DNA of 64,000 nucleotides from Strigamia acuminata (GCA_949358305.1 OX442314.1:24924001-24988000), one strand, 5' to 3'; positions 37,401 to 51,099 are shown, counted from the stretch's first letter. Notes: generated by a model from the sequence alone, not told the origin. Numbers and translations: made by a program.

Positions 37401-37881
37401 CGACGAGAAGCAGCAAACGGATTGCATCGCCAGCGTGAAGAGCGTGAAGAGTTCTCCATTATCTTCGGCGAATGGCAACGAACAGAATTTACAAAGTGAC
37501 CAATGCAAGATAGGCGAGAATGCCGAATTGCTGACAAGCACGAATGGCTCGAGCGCATCGCTTCTGTCGGTTTCGTCGTCAACGGGCGACGGAAAGATGA
37601 ACGAAGTTGGAAGTGCGTTGATGGCTAACGTTCTTGTCGTCAGTCACGGTGGTTTGTTGAAGGAGCTGATCCGCCATTTTGTTGAAGATCTGGGCTGTGT
37701 GCTTCCTCCCGGCAGCGGGATGCAAGCGTTCAAGATAAGTCCGAACACCGGTTTGTCCAAGTTCACAGTGAGTCTGCGCGATGAGGATAAGACTCCGATT
37801 GTTATTTGTCACTTGATTCACGATGATAATCATTTGTTGGTGAATGGCTCAAAGAATGAAAAATTTGCGAATTTGCAATGA
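34482..37881 (+). CDS. TIGAR: Fructose-2,6-bisphosphatase TIGAR-like histidine phosphatase; 6 exons (approx. 34482-34513, 34614-34651, 34728-34846, 35236-35310, 36163-36273, 37162-37881)
   Basis: LTLIRHGET.ANKE.VIQGQ.DVPLS..G..QA, HVFASDLSRAKQTA, DSRLRERKFGDVEGK, TPVGGETLQQVRERA..FF, NVLVVSHGGLL, SPNTGLSKF. Confidence 0.92.
35640..35969. mobile_element. Tc1/mariner-type MITE remnant in TIGAR intron 4
   Basis: TA|CCG...CGG|TA ends, inverted CAAATTGCGGC/GCCGCAATTTG, internal ATAAGCACC-type repeats. Confidence 0.5.
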
Positions 37882-38126
37882 AAATAAACTGCCTTACTGA
37901 AACAAGTTTTCGTACGAAATTCAATGTAGCATACAATTCTTTTCACAGCTCTTGTTTTGTACAGTATGCTATTGATTTTAAATTTTGTATTAATATTCAA
38001 AATAAAGGTTATTTTTTGTAAATTTTGAAATAGCAATTGAGAATGATGACATGTATATGTAGTAAATGAAATAAAAAGAATTAAAAAAAATCGCACGAAT
38101 GTTACGTTTTAGTGTACGTTCATTAA

Positions 38127-38511
38127 CCCTCGCAGCCCCAACCTAAAAAAAATCCCTTACTCACCCAACTCGGGTCATTTTTGACCCCAAGCCGAAAAAA
38201 TTTTTCCAAAAATGAGTGAAAATGATTTTATTCTGAGTATTTCATGTTTATGAAGAAATTTCAGCAATTCGGTATTTGTCAAAAGAGAGCGACAAAAATA
38301 ATTGACATTGCATTCAAAAGTAGTGAGTAAACAAAGGAATTTTGGAAAAAAAATTTTTGCGATTTTTAAATCGATTATTTTTTTTTATTGTTTGTTATGA
38401 TGTTAAATGAAAATACATGAAATTTCAGCATGAAAATCCCAATAGTTTTTGAGAAAAAAAATAAAAACACTTTTGGAGGTCAAAATTGACCCTAGGTTGG
38501 GGTGGGGAGGG
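38127..38511. mobile_element. piggyBac-type MITE
   Basis: TTAA|CCCT...AGGG|TTAA with subterminal GGTCA-N-TGACC palindromes; shorter related copy at 45784..46009. Confidence 0.85.
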
Positions 38512-41500
38512 TTAAAAATAAAATTGTTGTATTAAAAAAAATTAATTTGACAAAAATATCTGTACAGTCGAACAAAGTTCACTGCACCTCACGTCTATGA
38601 AACATTTTATAGAGTCCTGAGATTTTGTTGTGCATCTGGGTCACCAGATGCCACCATTATCGATCTCCTTGTAACCATCACACTTTATCATCTATGTATT
38701 ACAGACAAGTTTGATATGTTGTTAACCAATAGTATTTTATTATATTATGACATAATGCAGTTTGGCCCCGCCCACAATAAGAAAACTACAAATTAACAAA
38801 GTTTTATGTTATTTTGCAATGGTTTTTCTCATAGAGGGGGGCAACAATTATTACGATCACATTATGGTATCATCTGATCTCATTTTCCAAAGGTCTATTA
38901 CAACGTCACACACATGAATCATGAATGTTTGAATGTTTATATTTAATGTAAATTGAGAATTAACCTTGCTTTCTTTGTGTCACTCAATTTGTGTCAACTT
39001 TTGAAACATTGAATATTCAACGAGTCAAAACAAACAACACTACGACACCACAAGTCATTAAAATGACGGCCCAAAATAATTCCTCAGCTATTAATAATCT
39101 CCCAGCCAAAATGACGCCCATTTTTATTTTAGTAACTACATTTTTTAAATATAGAGGGCACCTCTGTAAATCATCTATTTTTGCTAACACTTCGTAGAAA
39201 ATCTCTTCCCTCCAGAAAAATTAGACAACACTGGTAATGGACAATTTAGTTTCTCAAAAACCAATGAAAATAATGATGATAATTTTATAAATTTCTCGGA
39301 CTAGAAAATTTGAAACACCTGCAAAAATTAAAAATGAACTCATGTCCAGCTGTATTTAAACGCAGACATGTTTTAGGTGATTGACTTGAAATGAGGCCAC
39401 GGACAAAAAAAAATTTGATGCGCAGCCAAAGACAAATGGCAAAGATTGCAAGAAAATTGCAATTTGTTAAGAAGTTATTGACAAAACTAAAAAAAAATTT
39501 GCTACGTATCAAACGTTTATAAAATTATATAACTAAACAAGACAAAACAAACTGATAATCATCACATCGAGGCAATTGCAATTCAAGGTGCAGGGGCGAG
39601 TTCTTACCAGATTTGTTAATTGCAATAGAGGTCACTTAAGATTATTTTTTTAACTCGTGAATTTCCTATTAAAACGTGCAGATAATTTAGGAGTGAAGAA
39701 CTCGAAAAGTTTTACTTAGCTGGAGTTTTCGAAGGAGAAGAGGCCATTCGAAGAGTGCGGACTGGGAGGGACCAAAGCCAATTAAATTAAACAGACAATG
39801 AAGTCACTTTTACATGTAATAATTTTACATAAAATCTCAATAGCCAAGTATAGTGGAATCATGGGCTGATTATCTTTTGAGTATCGGATTTTTGCACTGT
39901 TCATGCGCAGTATCCAAACAAATTAGTACTTCCTCTTTCCAGCATTCATTCAAAATTGCTTTATTTATTTATCAACAATAGAAGTCGATGTAATTGTTTT
40001 CAAATAAATGGACAGCGCGCACCATAAACAAGGGTTGGTTAGATTATGCATCTTTACGGACGAAAAGCAATATTCCAGGACTATTTAATTACGAATTCAT
40101 CAAATACTTGTCTAAGCCAGCCATTATATTGTGGAATTCTTGAGTTTTGGATGCAGTCCAAAAGCCGGGCGGGGAATTATGCACCTACGAGAATTCTATA
40201 CCTTCGACCCTTTTTATACTGATAATCGCTGTGTCCGCAGTCCGTCCTTGACATTTTTTTTACACAATAGATGGCTTGTTTCATAAAAGGAATTAATTGG
40301 AAATTAATATTTAATTTTGGGCGGTTTAGTATGATTCATGATGATGATGAATACGTGGATTCTCGCCATTTTTAGGTCAACAATTTCCTTTCCCTATGGC
40401 TGTGCGTGGTTAAAATACAATTTCAGGAAAGATTATGGTGTTTACTCAAACTTTAACGATGTTCATCTTGGTTGAATAGATCTGGAAGTTATATATTTAG
40501 CTATGTAAATAAACTCTTTTTAAGTTCTCCTTTTTGGAAGAAGGTATATCTTGTGTGATTCAATTGGTAAGGGGATTGCATTCATGCAAGTAATGGATGT
40601 TTAATTAATTAAAGAGAGAAAAATTAAATGGCCAATTTGGTAGCATGACAAGTGTCTTATGTCAGAGGGTATGGACACTTAGAATGTTTTCATAGAGAGA
40701 TCAAGCAACTTGAAACGTTTAGTCAACAAATGAATGCAATTTGGCACATGTTTTGAAGTGGCTGCAGACTCGACTGAAAATTCATTCTGACCGTGGGTTT
40801 GTCAACCTCTTTCTTTCTTGTTCCTGCCAAAAAAATCACTTAGCACGAAAGAGACATTGATTTTTTTTAATGTGTGGGTTTGTGCGTTCAAATTGGTTAA
40901 ACAAATCCTTAAAGTTTGATTAAACGAGTAAAAATAAGTGAAATAATAAATAACTTTTTAATGTTGAATTTTCCTGCATTAAATTATATATTATTATTAC
41001 TATCGTGCATGCTTGTGCGTGGGAGGGTCCGATCATTTTGTTGCCATTTTTTTTTGGCAACGAAATGCTTGTTAGTTTGATTTCTTTCACTCTGTGTGTC
41101 CCAGTTAAAGTGCAGTGAGCGCAAACTCTGAGCAGGGGACTTGCCCCCTGCATCAACAGTTCTCTTAGAAACTCGAATGGACCTAGGCGTAGAAATGAAC
41201 TGACCTCCAGCTGACAAGGAGACCGCAGGAGTGTGTAACCCACAATTGTTTAAATTTCTTTAAAATAATGTATTGTTATTATCTAAACAGTCAATACTTT
41301 CTTTATTTAAATGCGTCTCTCTCTCACATTGTTACAAACAGTTACAACACAGAGAATTCTTTACTGTGTGTTGCACGCTGTGTTGCACGCTGTGTTGCAC
41401 GCAGTAATGAAATAAAATCGTGGTGCTATTGTCTTTTTATGTATCTGAAAGAAAGAATTCATTACAAAATAAGAGAGTTTATGGTTGAATTTGGCATCAA

Positions 41501-42905
41501 GATTCAGGTGCAGACCATAGAGCTATTGTTAGGAATAAAAGAAAACTATATTTGATCGCTTCGTAAAACTCTTGTGCAGCATTGTAGTGATTGGCATGCT
41601 TTTGTTTATATATCAAAATTGAACGTGGATTTGATGAAACCGAGACACATTTGGCAGCTAACACATCCATCATTTCATTTATAACGTCACACTCTTTATC
41701 GGATAAAAACGGCTCAACAAAAATCCGGAAATTGTTGTGACGGTTGTAAAACCGTATAAAACGCGATTAGCCACTAGGTAGCGCTATTTGATAGAAAGCG
41801 CGTAATTCAAATGAGTTAAAAGAATTATAAATAAATTCTAAGTGTGTATAAATAAATGCGTTTTATTTATTAAACTAAATAGTAATCATTATTAAGATAT
41901 TGATTCAATCGAATCAATATTAATTATTATTCTTTCCCTTGTTTTTGGCGACCACCTTTTTAACGCAGCATCAGTGATCGCCATTGACAGGTTTTACTGT
42001 ATTTATAAATAAAAGCTGAAAAGAGTTAACGGGTGATTATGAAACTATGAAACGATTATGGAATCGTATAATGTTTCAGACCAGTTTTGTGGAGTTTTTA
42101 TTACCTCATTTCCCATTACGCAATAAAGCATAGGGTGAAGGTGAACCATTCGATTTACCTTGAATTATTTCAGCCAACTTATACTGCAGGAACAAACCAA
42201 AACAAATACACACAAAAGGAAATGATGTCATGTTTGCAACAGGACATGACTGACCGAATTGACTGTGACCTCAGATATTGAAATGCACATGTTGACGTTT
42301 ATAAGAAATTTTATTAACGAGAGTCTGGTTAAAACTAGCCATTTTGTTGTTGTTTTAGTTGTGCAAATAATTATTTCTAGGCACATAAGCAGAAATTGTT
42401 GGATCAAAAGACGCCACACGTCATCTGTGTCAATTCGAGTTTTGGAACACTTTGTAAAAGTCAAATTAATGCATTCATATGAGCACACAAGTTTGCGCAG
42501 CCTAGAATTTTAAAAAAATGATAATTTTTAATGAATATTTTTAGTTGGGGAGAAGCCAACTTCTTAAAAATAGCACAAAGTTTATTTAAACTTTTCTTTT
42601 TTCGTTTTAATTGTAGTTTTTTTAGCCTTTCGTGTCCATTTAATAATATCTCTGGGAGTTTTGAACGTCTGGAGAGAATTATGGATTATGGAAGTCGGTC
42701 AAGGTTATTTATTCATGTGTAAAACCGCCTGTATATAACATTTCGAATTATTTTACTTTCACAATTCACACACAAATCATTTTCAACGTTTTAAAAAACG
42801 GTTTAATGAGAATGTCGTATTAAATTACATCAAAATTATTAATTTTTATAGAAATATATCGATTTTTTAACGAATTACACACTTAGAGCGCGAATGAAAC
42901 ATTTC

Positions 42906-43463
42906 TTACATAAACTTTTGCATCAAAACAGCCACCAATGCGACAGAAAACATCATAATTTTGTTCATGCCATTGACTTGCGCGTTGTTGCACAGATCTG
43001 AGTTGCACCAACAAATCGTTCCCTTCTTGCCTTCGTGCGTTCCCGATTCGCAATGATTAGGATCGCTCGAAGTCGCCGTGAAACATGTCTTTATAACCGC
43101 TGACATTACCAAACAAAATTTTAAAAAAAAATTAAGAAAAGAATAATTCATAGAAAAGAAGTATTTACCGCCTGACGCTTCGAATTTGTAGCAGGAATTC
43201 ATTGGAGGAAAACCTGGTGGATTGGCACATTCTGAAGGATTTTCCTTACAATTCTTCTCACCGATGCACTGGTAGCACTTGAGTGAAAGTGCTGTGCACA
43301 TGAAACGAGACGAAAATATTGCAACAACAAGTTTACTTTAGAATAAATTTCGGAGTTTTCCATGTTAGAAAATTAGTTTTTTGAATATTTGTAAGGATTA
43401 TTTCTGTTTTTTACCGTTATGAACGATGGAGATGAACAAAAGTCCTAAGAAAAACAGCTTCAT
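42906..43463 (-). CDS. Ly6/uPAR three-finger GPI-type protein 4; 3 exons
   Basis: MKLFFLGLLFISIVHN / ALSLKCYQCIGEKNCKENPSECANPPGFPPMNSCYKFE / KTCF...HC...ICWCNSDLCNN plus hydrophobic tail. Confidence 0.9.
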
Positions 43464-44070
43464 GATGGATGAATTGGATCGGAAGGAGAGTGAGAGTGAA
43501 AACTTCGACGGACTCGGTTCAATTCAGCCACGCCTTTGACTAATGATAGAGCTCGGTTCCGCTCGCATATTCACACCCTCGCTAGTCAGTTTGAGCCAGT
43601 CCTTCGGAGAAAACGTATCCAAATATTTTTGCTTGACATACGCCGACTATGAAGAAAATTTGGAGCCAAACGAATGATTGGTAGCGGTTATTATTGAGCA
43701 TTTTACATTAAATAATCCATAGTTCCGGTTTGGGATGTTGTCGCGATATAATTGAATTGTAATTAATGAAACTACGACCGAATAAAACGGCAATGTATTA
43801 TATATTTTTTTATATCCGGTTTTTTTTTTTATATGGCGATAAACTTTGGCATGTAAACGGGCTCGTTTTTGCCGCATCAAATAACAAACACGATAATTGT
43901 TTTTTAATTTTTATTTCAATTTTATTTTTGTCATACAAGAATATTAATAAATATTAAAATAAAAAAAATGGTGAAAAGTGTGTTCTTACAATTAGCGCCG
44001 TATAAGCAGACGTCTTTTGTCTAAAGTTTAGCAAAGTATCCAATTTGTCTGGTTTTAAACCAGACAAATT

Positions 44071-44247
44071 CACAAAAAAAAAGTTTGTAAAGTGAACTGA
44101 ACTAGAACTGAACTAGAACTGAACTAGAACTTAGTTCACTTTGAGATTTCGGGGTGAACGGGAACTAGAACTAGTTCAGTAAATTGAAAATGGTGATGAA
44201 CGAGAACTAGAACTAGTTCGCGATTTAGTGAACTAGATACAACACTG
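44071..44247. mobile_element. One-ended hAT-like MITE remnant with (GAACTAGAACT)n repeats
   Basis: Ends in CAACACTG (reverse complement CAGTGTTG); absent from the paralogous site near 48160. Confidence 0.65.
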
Positions 44248-44399
44248 CTGGTTTATAAATATTGTAACATCAAACTGAATCGAAAATAGCACAATGACTC
44301 GGTTGTCAGCCAATATATCAAGAGTATTATTATACACAAATAGAAACAAAGTGCAATTACAATTAATTAATCATTAATTAATTACACATTAAATGCAGT

Positions 44400-45065
44400 T
44401 CAGGTTGAATAATTAATTAAAAGGGACAGAAACACGAGGGTAAATGCGACCAGGCTGCTTTTCCCAATGACATTCGCGTCGTTGCAGAGGTCTGTGCTGC
44501 ACATGCATACGGTTCCAGTTCCGCCCTCGAACGTGTTGTCTCCGCATTTGTTCACAGATTTTGACATGAGTGAATTCACACATCGTTTCACAATGGCGGC
44601 TGAAATGGATAGAAGCGAAATGATTATTAGAAAGAATTTTAGTAGAAAATGATCGACTTACTATTGCCATTTTTAGTGCCGTCAAATTTCATGCAAACTG
44701 GGTTTTCAACCACGCATGTTTTTTTTCTATCGTTGCAGTTCTTGTCACTTTCGCATTCGTAACACTCGAGTGAAAATCCTTGGAAAAAATCACAAAATCA
44801 TTCAAAATTAAAGCAAAAAATACAAAAAATTAAAATTAAATCCAAAAAAGATGCAAAAATTCAAAATTAAACTAAAAGAAACTCAAAATTGCAAAATTAA
44901 TCTAAAAGAAACTCAAAAATTCAATATTTAATACAAAAAAAGCTTAAAAAACTACAAAATGAAATCCCCAAAAAATTCAAAATTAAAAATTAAATGTATC
45001 ATTCATCAATTACCGAATTGCACACACACACACAGCAATAACATTCCAGCAAAAATCAACTTCAT
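44400..45065 (-). CDS. Ly6/uPAR three-finger GPI-type protein 5; 3 exons
   Basis: MKLIFAGMLLLCVCVQF / GFSLECYECESDKNCNDRKKTCVVENPVCMKFD / KRCVN...KC...VCMCSTDLCND plus hydrophobic tail. Confidence 0.9.
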
Positions 45066-45783
45066 TTTGGTCCGAACTGCGTTTTAAAAATGGCGTGCAG
45101 AATCCTTGAGCGAGCAAAAAAACTCCACCCCAACGTGTGTACGAAAAAGGCTTGTTGTTGACTCAACTTCTGCTTCAAGGCCGATGCAAAAAGAACATGA
45201 AAATTAATCAAATCTCAGCTCAGCTAGTCAAAAATAACGCTCAAAGACACCCGAAACCAAATGCAAAAAAAATTCATTCAATTTCCTTCACTTACTCCAA
45301 AAATAGGCAACAAATGGTGTGTTTAGCTGCACGATGTGGCAGATTCGTTGCTATGCAATCGCTATGATGGATTTAAGTCCGGCGTCATTGTGGCCAAATG
45401 CCAGGGAGAGTCCAAAGTGGTTGCTAGGAGAATCCGTTTTTTTTTTTTTTTCGTTGATGCAGTTTTGCAGTGCTTTTGACCTTTGCAGAACTGTCTATGG
45501 GCGTGTCTGGTGATGTATTTGAAAATGGCGTTTTATCAAACAAATAACTTTGTTTTGTAGCTGAAACATGATAATTCAACTTCTTGAGACCTTGAGTTCC
45601 ACAATAACATACATCTGGCATATACATTAAACAACATCTGCTTGCAGTAATGCTTCATCAACTCTTTTCATGCTTATGTGTTTTCGGCTGTTTCATTGCA
45701 ATAAATGTGGAGAGACGTGTACAGATAATGCAACGGGGGGTTAAGAATATTCAAGGTTGATCGAATGGAATGTGTTAAATTAA

Positions 45784-46009
45784 CCCTAAAAAGAAATCTC
45801 TTACTCACCCAACCCGGGTGATTTTTGACCCAAAGCCGAAAAAATTATCAGACAATTTTATTTTAGAATTTTTAAATCCAATAATTTTTTATTGTTTGTT
45901 ATGAGGTTAAATGTAAATACATGAAATTTCAGAAAGAAAATCCTTGATAGTTTTCGAGAAAAAAAATAAAAACACTCTTGGAGGTCAAAATTGGTTGGAG
46001 TGGGGAGGG
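45784..46009. mobile_element. Internally deleted copy of the piggyBac-type MITE
   Basis: TTAA|CCCT...GGGGAGGG|TTAA; similar to 38127..38511. Confidence 0.8.
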
Positions 46010-46527
46010 TTAAATAACCGTATAATAAAAAATATTTGAAAAATGGTTACGAAACTCTATAAAAGAGAAATACAAAATTAATCTTGCAGGAAACAGGAAA
46101 TAAAGCGAGTTTCCTCATTGTTTTGCAGTGGCGCGGGCACTAAAATGTGTATTCAAGTTTGGCTTTCCTGCACATCAGTGGAAGAAGCTGATTTCGGACA
46201 GCAGATACGAAGCGCATTTCCGTGGAATTTGCATAGAAATTCTTCTTATATGACTCATTACAAAAGATCTCATGACAGTTCAGGTTTCCGAGCTTATCTT
46301 TATTATTTGTTAATTATTTTTTGAATGACAATTTTTTACGAAAAACAATAAACTTTTGATTTTTGATATGCAAATTTTACGAAATGTCATGGAAATGACA
46401 TTTCTATTGGTTATTGCGAGCAATTAATGCAATATGTTATGAAAATGGCATTTTATTTTGACCCGGGTCTTCGATTTTTATTTCCGCATAAATTATTATG
46501 GAAGTAATTTGAGATAAATGAAAATAA

Positions 46528-46710
46528 TCAGGTATATAAAAAGGAACGTGATGGTTTTGCTTTCGTTGTGACGATCGCATTATTACCTAGATTTGAGTTG
46601 CCCAGAAACGCAGTCCCGTTAATTTCTTCGAATACAACTGATTGGCATTTGTTCTCAGGTTTTATTTTCGTTGGGGTTACCGTCAGGTATCTTTTTAAGA
46701 CGATACCCAT
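46528..46710 (-). pseudogene. Degenerate Ly6 exon-3 relic
   Basis: IVLKRYL...NKCQS...GTAFLGNSNLGNNAIV aligns with IVKRC...NKC...GTVCxCNSDLCNNA.V but four of five Cys are lost; no exon 1 or 2 found. Confidence 0.65.
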
Positions 46711-47206
46711 TGCTGTACCAGAGCTGGTTCCCATGTACTGTAGTATAGTATTTCCCCTGTGCTTGACGACCACCTTTTTAACGCAGCATCAGTGATCGCC
46801 ACTGACAGGTTTCACTGTATTTATAAATAATAACAAGTAAATAAAAAAAACTACGTTTTTGGAAAAAGGCTTTTATGCTGTATCTCTACTGTATGCCTAC
46901 GGAAAACCGCAAAAAAAGCTAAAAATGAAAATGGAAATTAATTCAAACGACAGTTGACGGCCGCGATAATCTACGGCTGACAGCAACTTTGACTTATAGA
47001 TGGCGCCACTGTTTTCCAATAGAGTTTTACATGTTATGACGTTAATTTGTTTTTCCAATCCATAGCACTTAAAAATGAGTCTCTTTGTTTTTTTTTTGTT
47101 TTTTTTTTAAATAATGTTTGGAATGACCGGTTCTATGCTACGGGGCGCAACATCTAGCGCGACACAATTTACCGCGACATCAAAATTATTAATTTTTGTA
47201 GAAATA

Positions 47207-47534
47207 CTAGCTGTGCCCGGCCACGCCTTGCTGTGTTGTAGGAACGAACGTTTGTTTCGTCTTCCCATTTGTCCCTTTTTTCCGTTGTCCATCTGTTCCG
47301 TTTGTCCCGTTGTCCCGTGTTCGTAGTCGTTCATCGCGCACATTTGCTGAATTGCGATGCCAGGTTTTCGAGTCATCGTTGTCTCATTCGCTTAGCGTTT
47401 TGTTAAACAGGGCGCGAAGCGTGCAACAGATGGCTCTAGAACCGATGGCCGCCATGTTTGTTTGGAAAAAGCACGTTTTTACCTGTCACAGGTGTATAAA
47501 AAACCTGTCTCAGGTATCACAGATGTATATAAAG
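47207..47534 (-). mobile_element. Non-autonomous Helitron-like element
   Basis: Minus strand ends CACAGCAAGGCGTGGCCGGGCACAGCTAG|T (subterminal hairpin plus CTAG before T); internal TGTCCC/TGTCC repeats; 5' end approximate. Confidence 0.65.
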
Positions 47535-48304
47535 TCCGTTTTGAACGATGGAGATGAACAAAAGTCCTAAGAAAAACAGTCGTGAAGATGAATTGTTTCG
47601 GAAGGAGAGTGAGAGTGAAAACTTTGACCAACTCTGTTTAATCTTGGACAAGGTTCAATTCACCCACGCCTTTGACTGATGATGTTGACTGCGCATGTTT
47701 ACACCATTGCTAGTTGGTTTGATCCAGTCCTTTAAGGAAATCAATTCGAAGTATTTTTGCTTCAGATACGCCGACTAGGAAGAAAATTTGGAGTCAAACG
47801 AATGATTAGTGGTGATTATTATTGAGCATTTTACATACGATAATGATAATCCATAGTTCCGGTTTGGGGTGTAATTGAATTGTAATTGATGACACCACAA
47901 CCGAAAAAAAAAACAATGTATTATTTTTTTTATATCTCGTTTTTTTATACGGCGATAAACTTTGGCATGTAAACGGGCTCGTTTTTGTCGCAACAAATAA
48001 TAAACACGATAATTGTTTTTTAATTTTTATTTTAATTTTTTTTTTCACATACAAGAATATTAATAAATATTAAAATAAAAAAATCCGTGAAAAGTGAGGT
48101 CTTACAATTAGCGCCGTATAATCAGACGCATTTCGTCTAAAGTTTAGCAAAGTATCCAATTTATAAATATTGTGACATCAAACTGAATCGAAAGTAGCAC
48201 AATGACTCGGTTGTCAGCCAATATATCAAGAGTATTATACACAAATAGAAGCAAAGTGCAATTACAATTAATTAATCATTAAGTAATTACACATTAAATG
48301 CACT

Positions 48305-49035
48305 TCAGGTTGAATAATTAATTAAAAGGAACAGAAACACGAGGGTAAATGCGACCAGGCTGCTTTTCCCAATGACATTCGCGTCGTTGCAGAGGTCTGT
48401 GCTGCACATGCATACGGTTCCACTTCCGCCTTCGAACGTGTTGTCTCCGCATTTGTTCACAGATTTTGACATGAGTGAATTCACACATCGTTTCACAATG
48501 GCGGCTGAAATGGATAGAAGCGAAATGATTATTAGAAAGAATTTTAGTAGAAAATGATCGACTTACATTTGCCATTTTTAGTGCCGTCAAATTTCATGCA
48601 AACTGGGTTTTCAACCACGCATGTTTTTTTTTTATCGTTGCAGTTCTTGTCACTTTCGCATTCGTAACACTCGAGTGAATATCCTTGGAAAAAAATCACA
48701 AAATCATTCAAAATTAAAGCAAAAAATAGAAAAAAATCAAAATTGAATCCAAAAAAGATGCAAAAATTCAAAATTAAACTAAAAAAAACTCAAAATTGCA
48801 AAATTAATCTAAAAGAAACTCAAAATTTCAAAATTAAACTCAAAAGAAATTTAAAAATTCAAAATTTAAGTAAAAGAAACTCAAAAATTCAATATTTAAT
48901 ACAAAAAAACTTAAAAAACTACAAAATGAAATCCCCAAAAAATTCAAAATTTGAAATTAAATGTATAATTCATCATCAATTACCGAATTGCACACACACA
49001 CACAGCAATAACATTCCAGCAAAAATCAACTTCAT
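48305..49035 (-). CDS. Ly6/uPAR three-finger GPI-type protein 6 (close paralog of protein 5); 3 exons
   Basis: Same structure as 44400..45065 with only a few amino-acid changes (F/Y, R/K, T/S, S/F). Confidence 0.9.
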
Positions 49036-49875
49036 TTTGGTCCGAACTGCGGTCTAAAAATGGCGTGCAGAATCCTTGAGCGAGCAAAAAAAACTCCACC
49101 CCAACGTGTGTATGAAAAAGGCTTGTTGTTGACTCAACTTCTGCTTCAAAGCTGATCCAAAAAGAACAAGAAAATTAATCAAATCTCAGCTTAACTAGTA
49201 AAAAAAATAACGTTCAAAGATAGGCGAAATCGAATGCAAAAATTTTTTATTCAAATTCTTTCACTTACTCCAAAAATAGGCAACAAATTGTGTGTTTCTC
49301 TGCACGACTTAACGTCAATTGCGCTCTGGCGATGTGGTCGATTCGTTGCAATGCAACCGCTGTAATGGATTTAAGGCCGGCGTCATTGTACCTATATGCC
49401 AAGGAGTGGTTGCTAGGAGAATCCGTATGTTTTTATTTAGTGAATGCAGTGCTGTTGACCTTTATAGAACCGTCTATGAGCGTGTCTGGTGATGTATTGG
49501 AAAATGACGTTTTATCAAACAAATAACTTTATTTTGTAGTTGAAACAAAGTTTATTTAAACTTTTCTTCGTTCGTTTTGATTGTAGTTTTTAGTCTTTCG
49601 TATTCGTATCCATTTAATTATCTCTCTGGGAGTTTTGAACGTCGTGGAGAGAATTATGGAAGTCCGTCAAGTTTATTTATTCTTGTGTAAAACTGCCTGT
49701 ATTTAACATTTCGATTTATTTTACTTTTACAATTCACACACAGATCATATTCAACGTGTAAAAAAACGGTTTAATGTGAACAACGTGTTAAATTACATCA
49801 AAATTATTAATTTTTGTAGAAATGTATCGATATTTTTTACGAAATACACACTTAGAAAGCGAAAAAAAACATTTC

Positions 49876-50440
49876 TTACATAAACCTTTGCTTCAAAAGA
49901 GCCACCAATGCGACAGAAAACATCATCATTTTGTCCATTCCATTGACTTGCGCATTGTTGCACAGGTCTGTGTTGCACGAACAAATAGTCCCCATCTTGC
50001 TTTCGTGCGTTCCCGATCCGCATTGATTAGGATTGCTGGTCATCTGCGCAAAACATGACTTTGCAACCGCTGACATTACCAAAAAAAATAAAAAAAAAAT
50101 AAAAAAAGAATAATTTATAGAAAAGAAACGAATGTATTTACCGCCTCCCCCCTCGAATTTTAAACAAGAATTCATTGGAGCTACACATTCTATAGGATTT
50201 TCCATACAATTCTTCTGACCCACGCAGTCGTAGCACTTGAGTGAAAGTGCTGTGCACATGAAACGAGACAAAAATATTGCAACAATAAGTTTACTTTTAA
50301 CAGGATATGAACGTTTAGAATAAATTTCGGAGTTTTCCAAGTTGGAAAATTAGTTTTTTGAATATTTTTTGGGATTATTTCTGTTTTTTACCGTTATGAA
50401 CGACGGAGATGAACAAAAGTCCTAAGAAAAACAGCTTCAT
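49876..50440 (-). CDS. Ly6/uPAR three-finger GPI-type protein 7; 3 exons
   Basis: Signal exon as gene 4 type; ALSLKCYDCVGQKNCMENPIECVAPMNSCLKFE / KSCF...QC...ICSCNTDLCNN plus hydrophobic tail. Confidence 0.9.
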
Positions 50441-51099
50441 GATAGATGAATTCGATCGGAAGGAGAGTGAGAGTGTAAACTTTGACGCTCTGGCGTTGTT
50501 ATAACAATATAATGGATTTAAGGCCAGGAAGCGTCCAAAGGCACTGCATCAACAAAAAATTCTCCTAGCAACCACTGTGGTTGCTAGGAGAATTTTTAAA
50601 CCCTATGATTTTTTATTGTTTGTTATGAGGTTGTCATGGGTGTTTGTCCACTTCATAAAATTTTACTATTTCTTTTATTAAAATGTTTATGGCTGATCAA
50701 ATGGATTGTGTTAATGTTAACCCTAGCAGTATCAACCTAAAAAGATCGTATGTAATAGAGACTATAGGAATATCAAATTTTATATTTGGAAAGTTGTCAT
50801 TTGCTAATGGGAAACTCAGACTGTATATTTTACGTTTGGAAAGTTGTTATTTATTGATTGAAAACTCATATACGGTATTTTGTACTTGAAAATGTTATCT
50901 TTACTGGTTGAGAAACGTATGTCTAACTGTTTGGAAATGTAATACATATATCATGCTATAAAAAGTTGCTTGGAAACGGTTGCATTCCGTGTTGGATAGT
51001 CATTGGAAATTTCATGTTGTGTACAATTTGGATATGTAACTTTCGGGTTTGGATATTTCACATTTCGGTTATATTTCCAACATATTTGCTTGTTGAAAA

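Larger units (their letters stand above)
43415..49545. repeat. Segmental duplication: about 43415..45560 similar to 47540..49545
   Basis: Colinear similarity covering the gene-4 type exon 1/promoter, intergenic DNA and Ly6 genes 5 and 6; boundaries approximate. Confidence 0.9.

Noticed and set aside
12086..37881. Functional metabolic cluster UCP, NDUFB8, TIGAR
   Set aside because: Interspersed with unrelated genes; nothing in the sequence shows co-regulation.
41131..41152. GC hairpin GCAGGGG/CCCCTGC in a mildly GC-rich patch
   Set aside because: Isolated short stem; no supporting promoter boxes, termini or second helix recognised.
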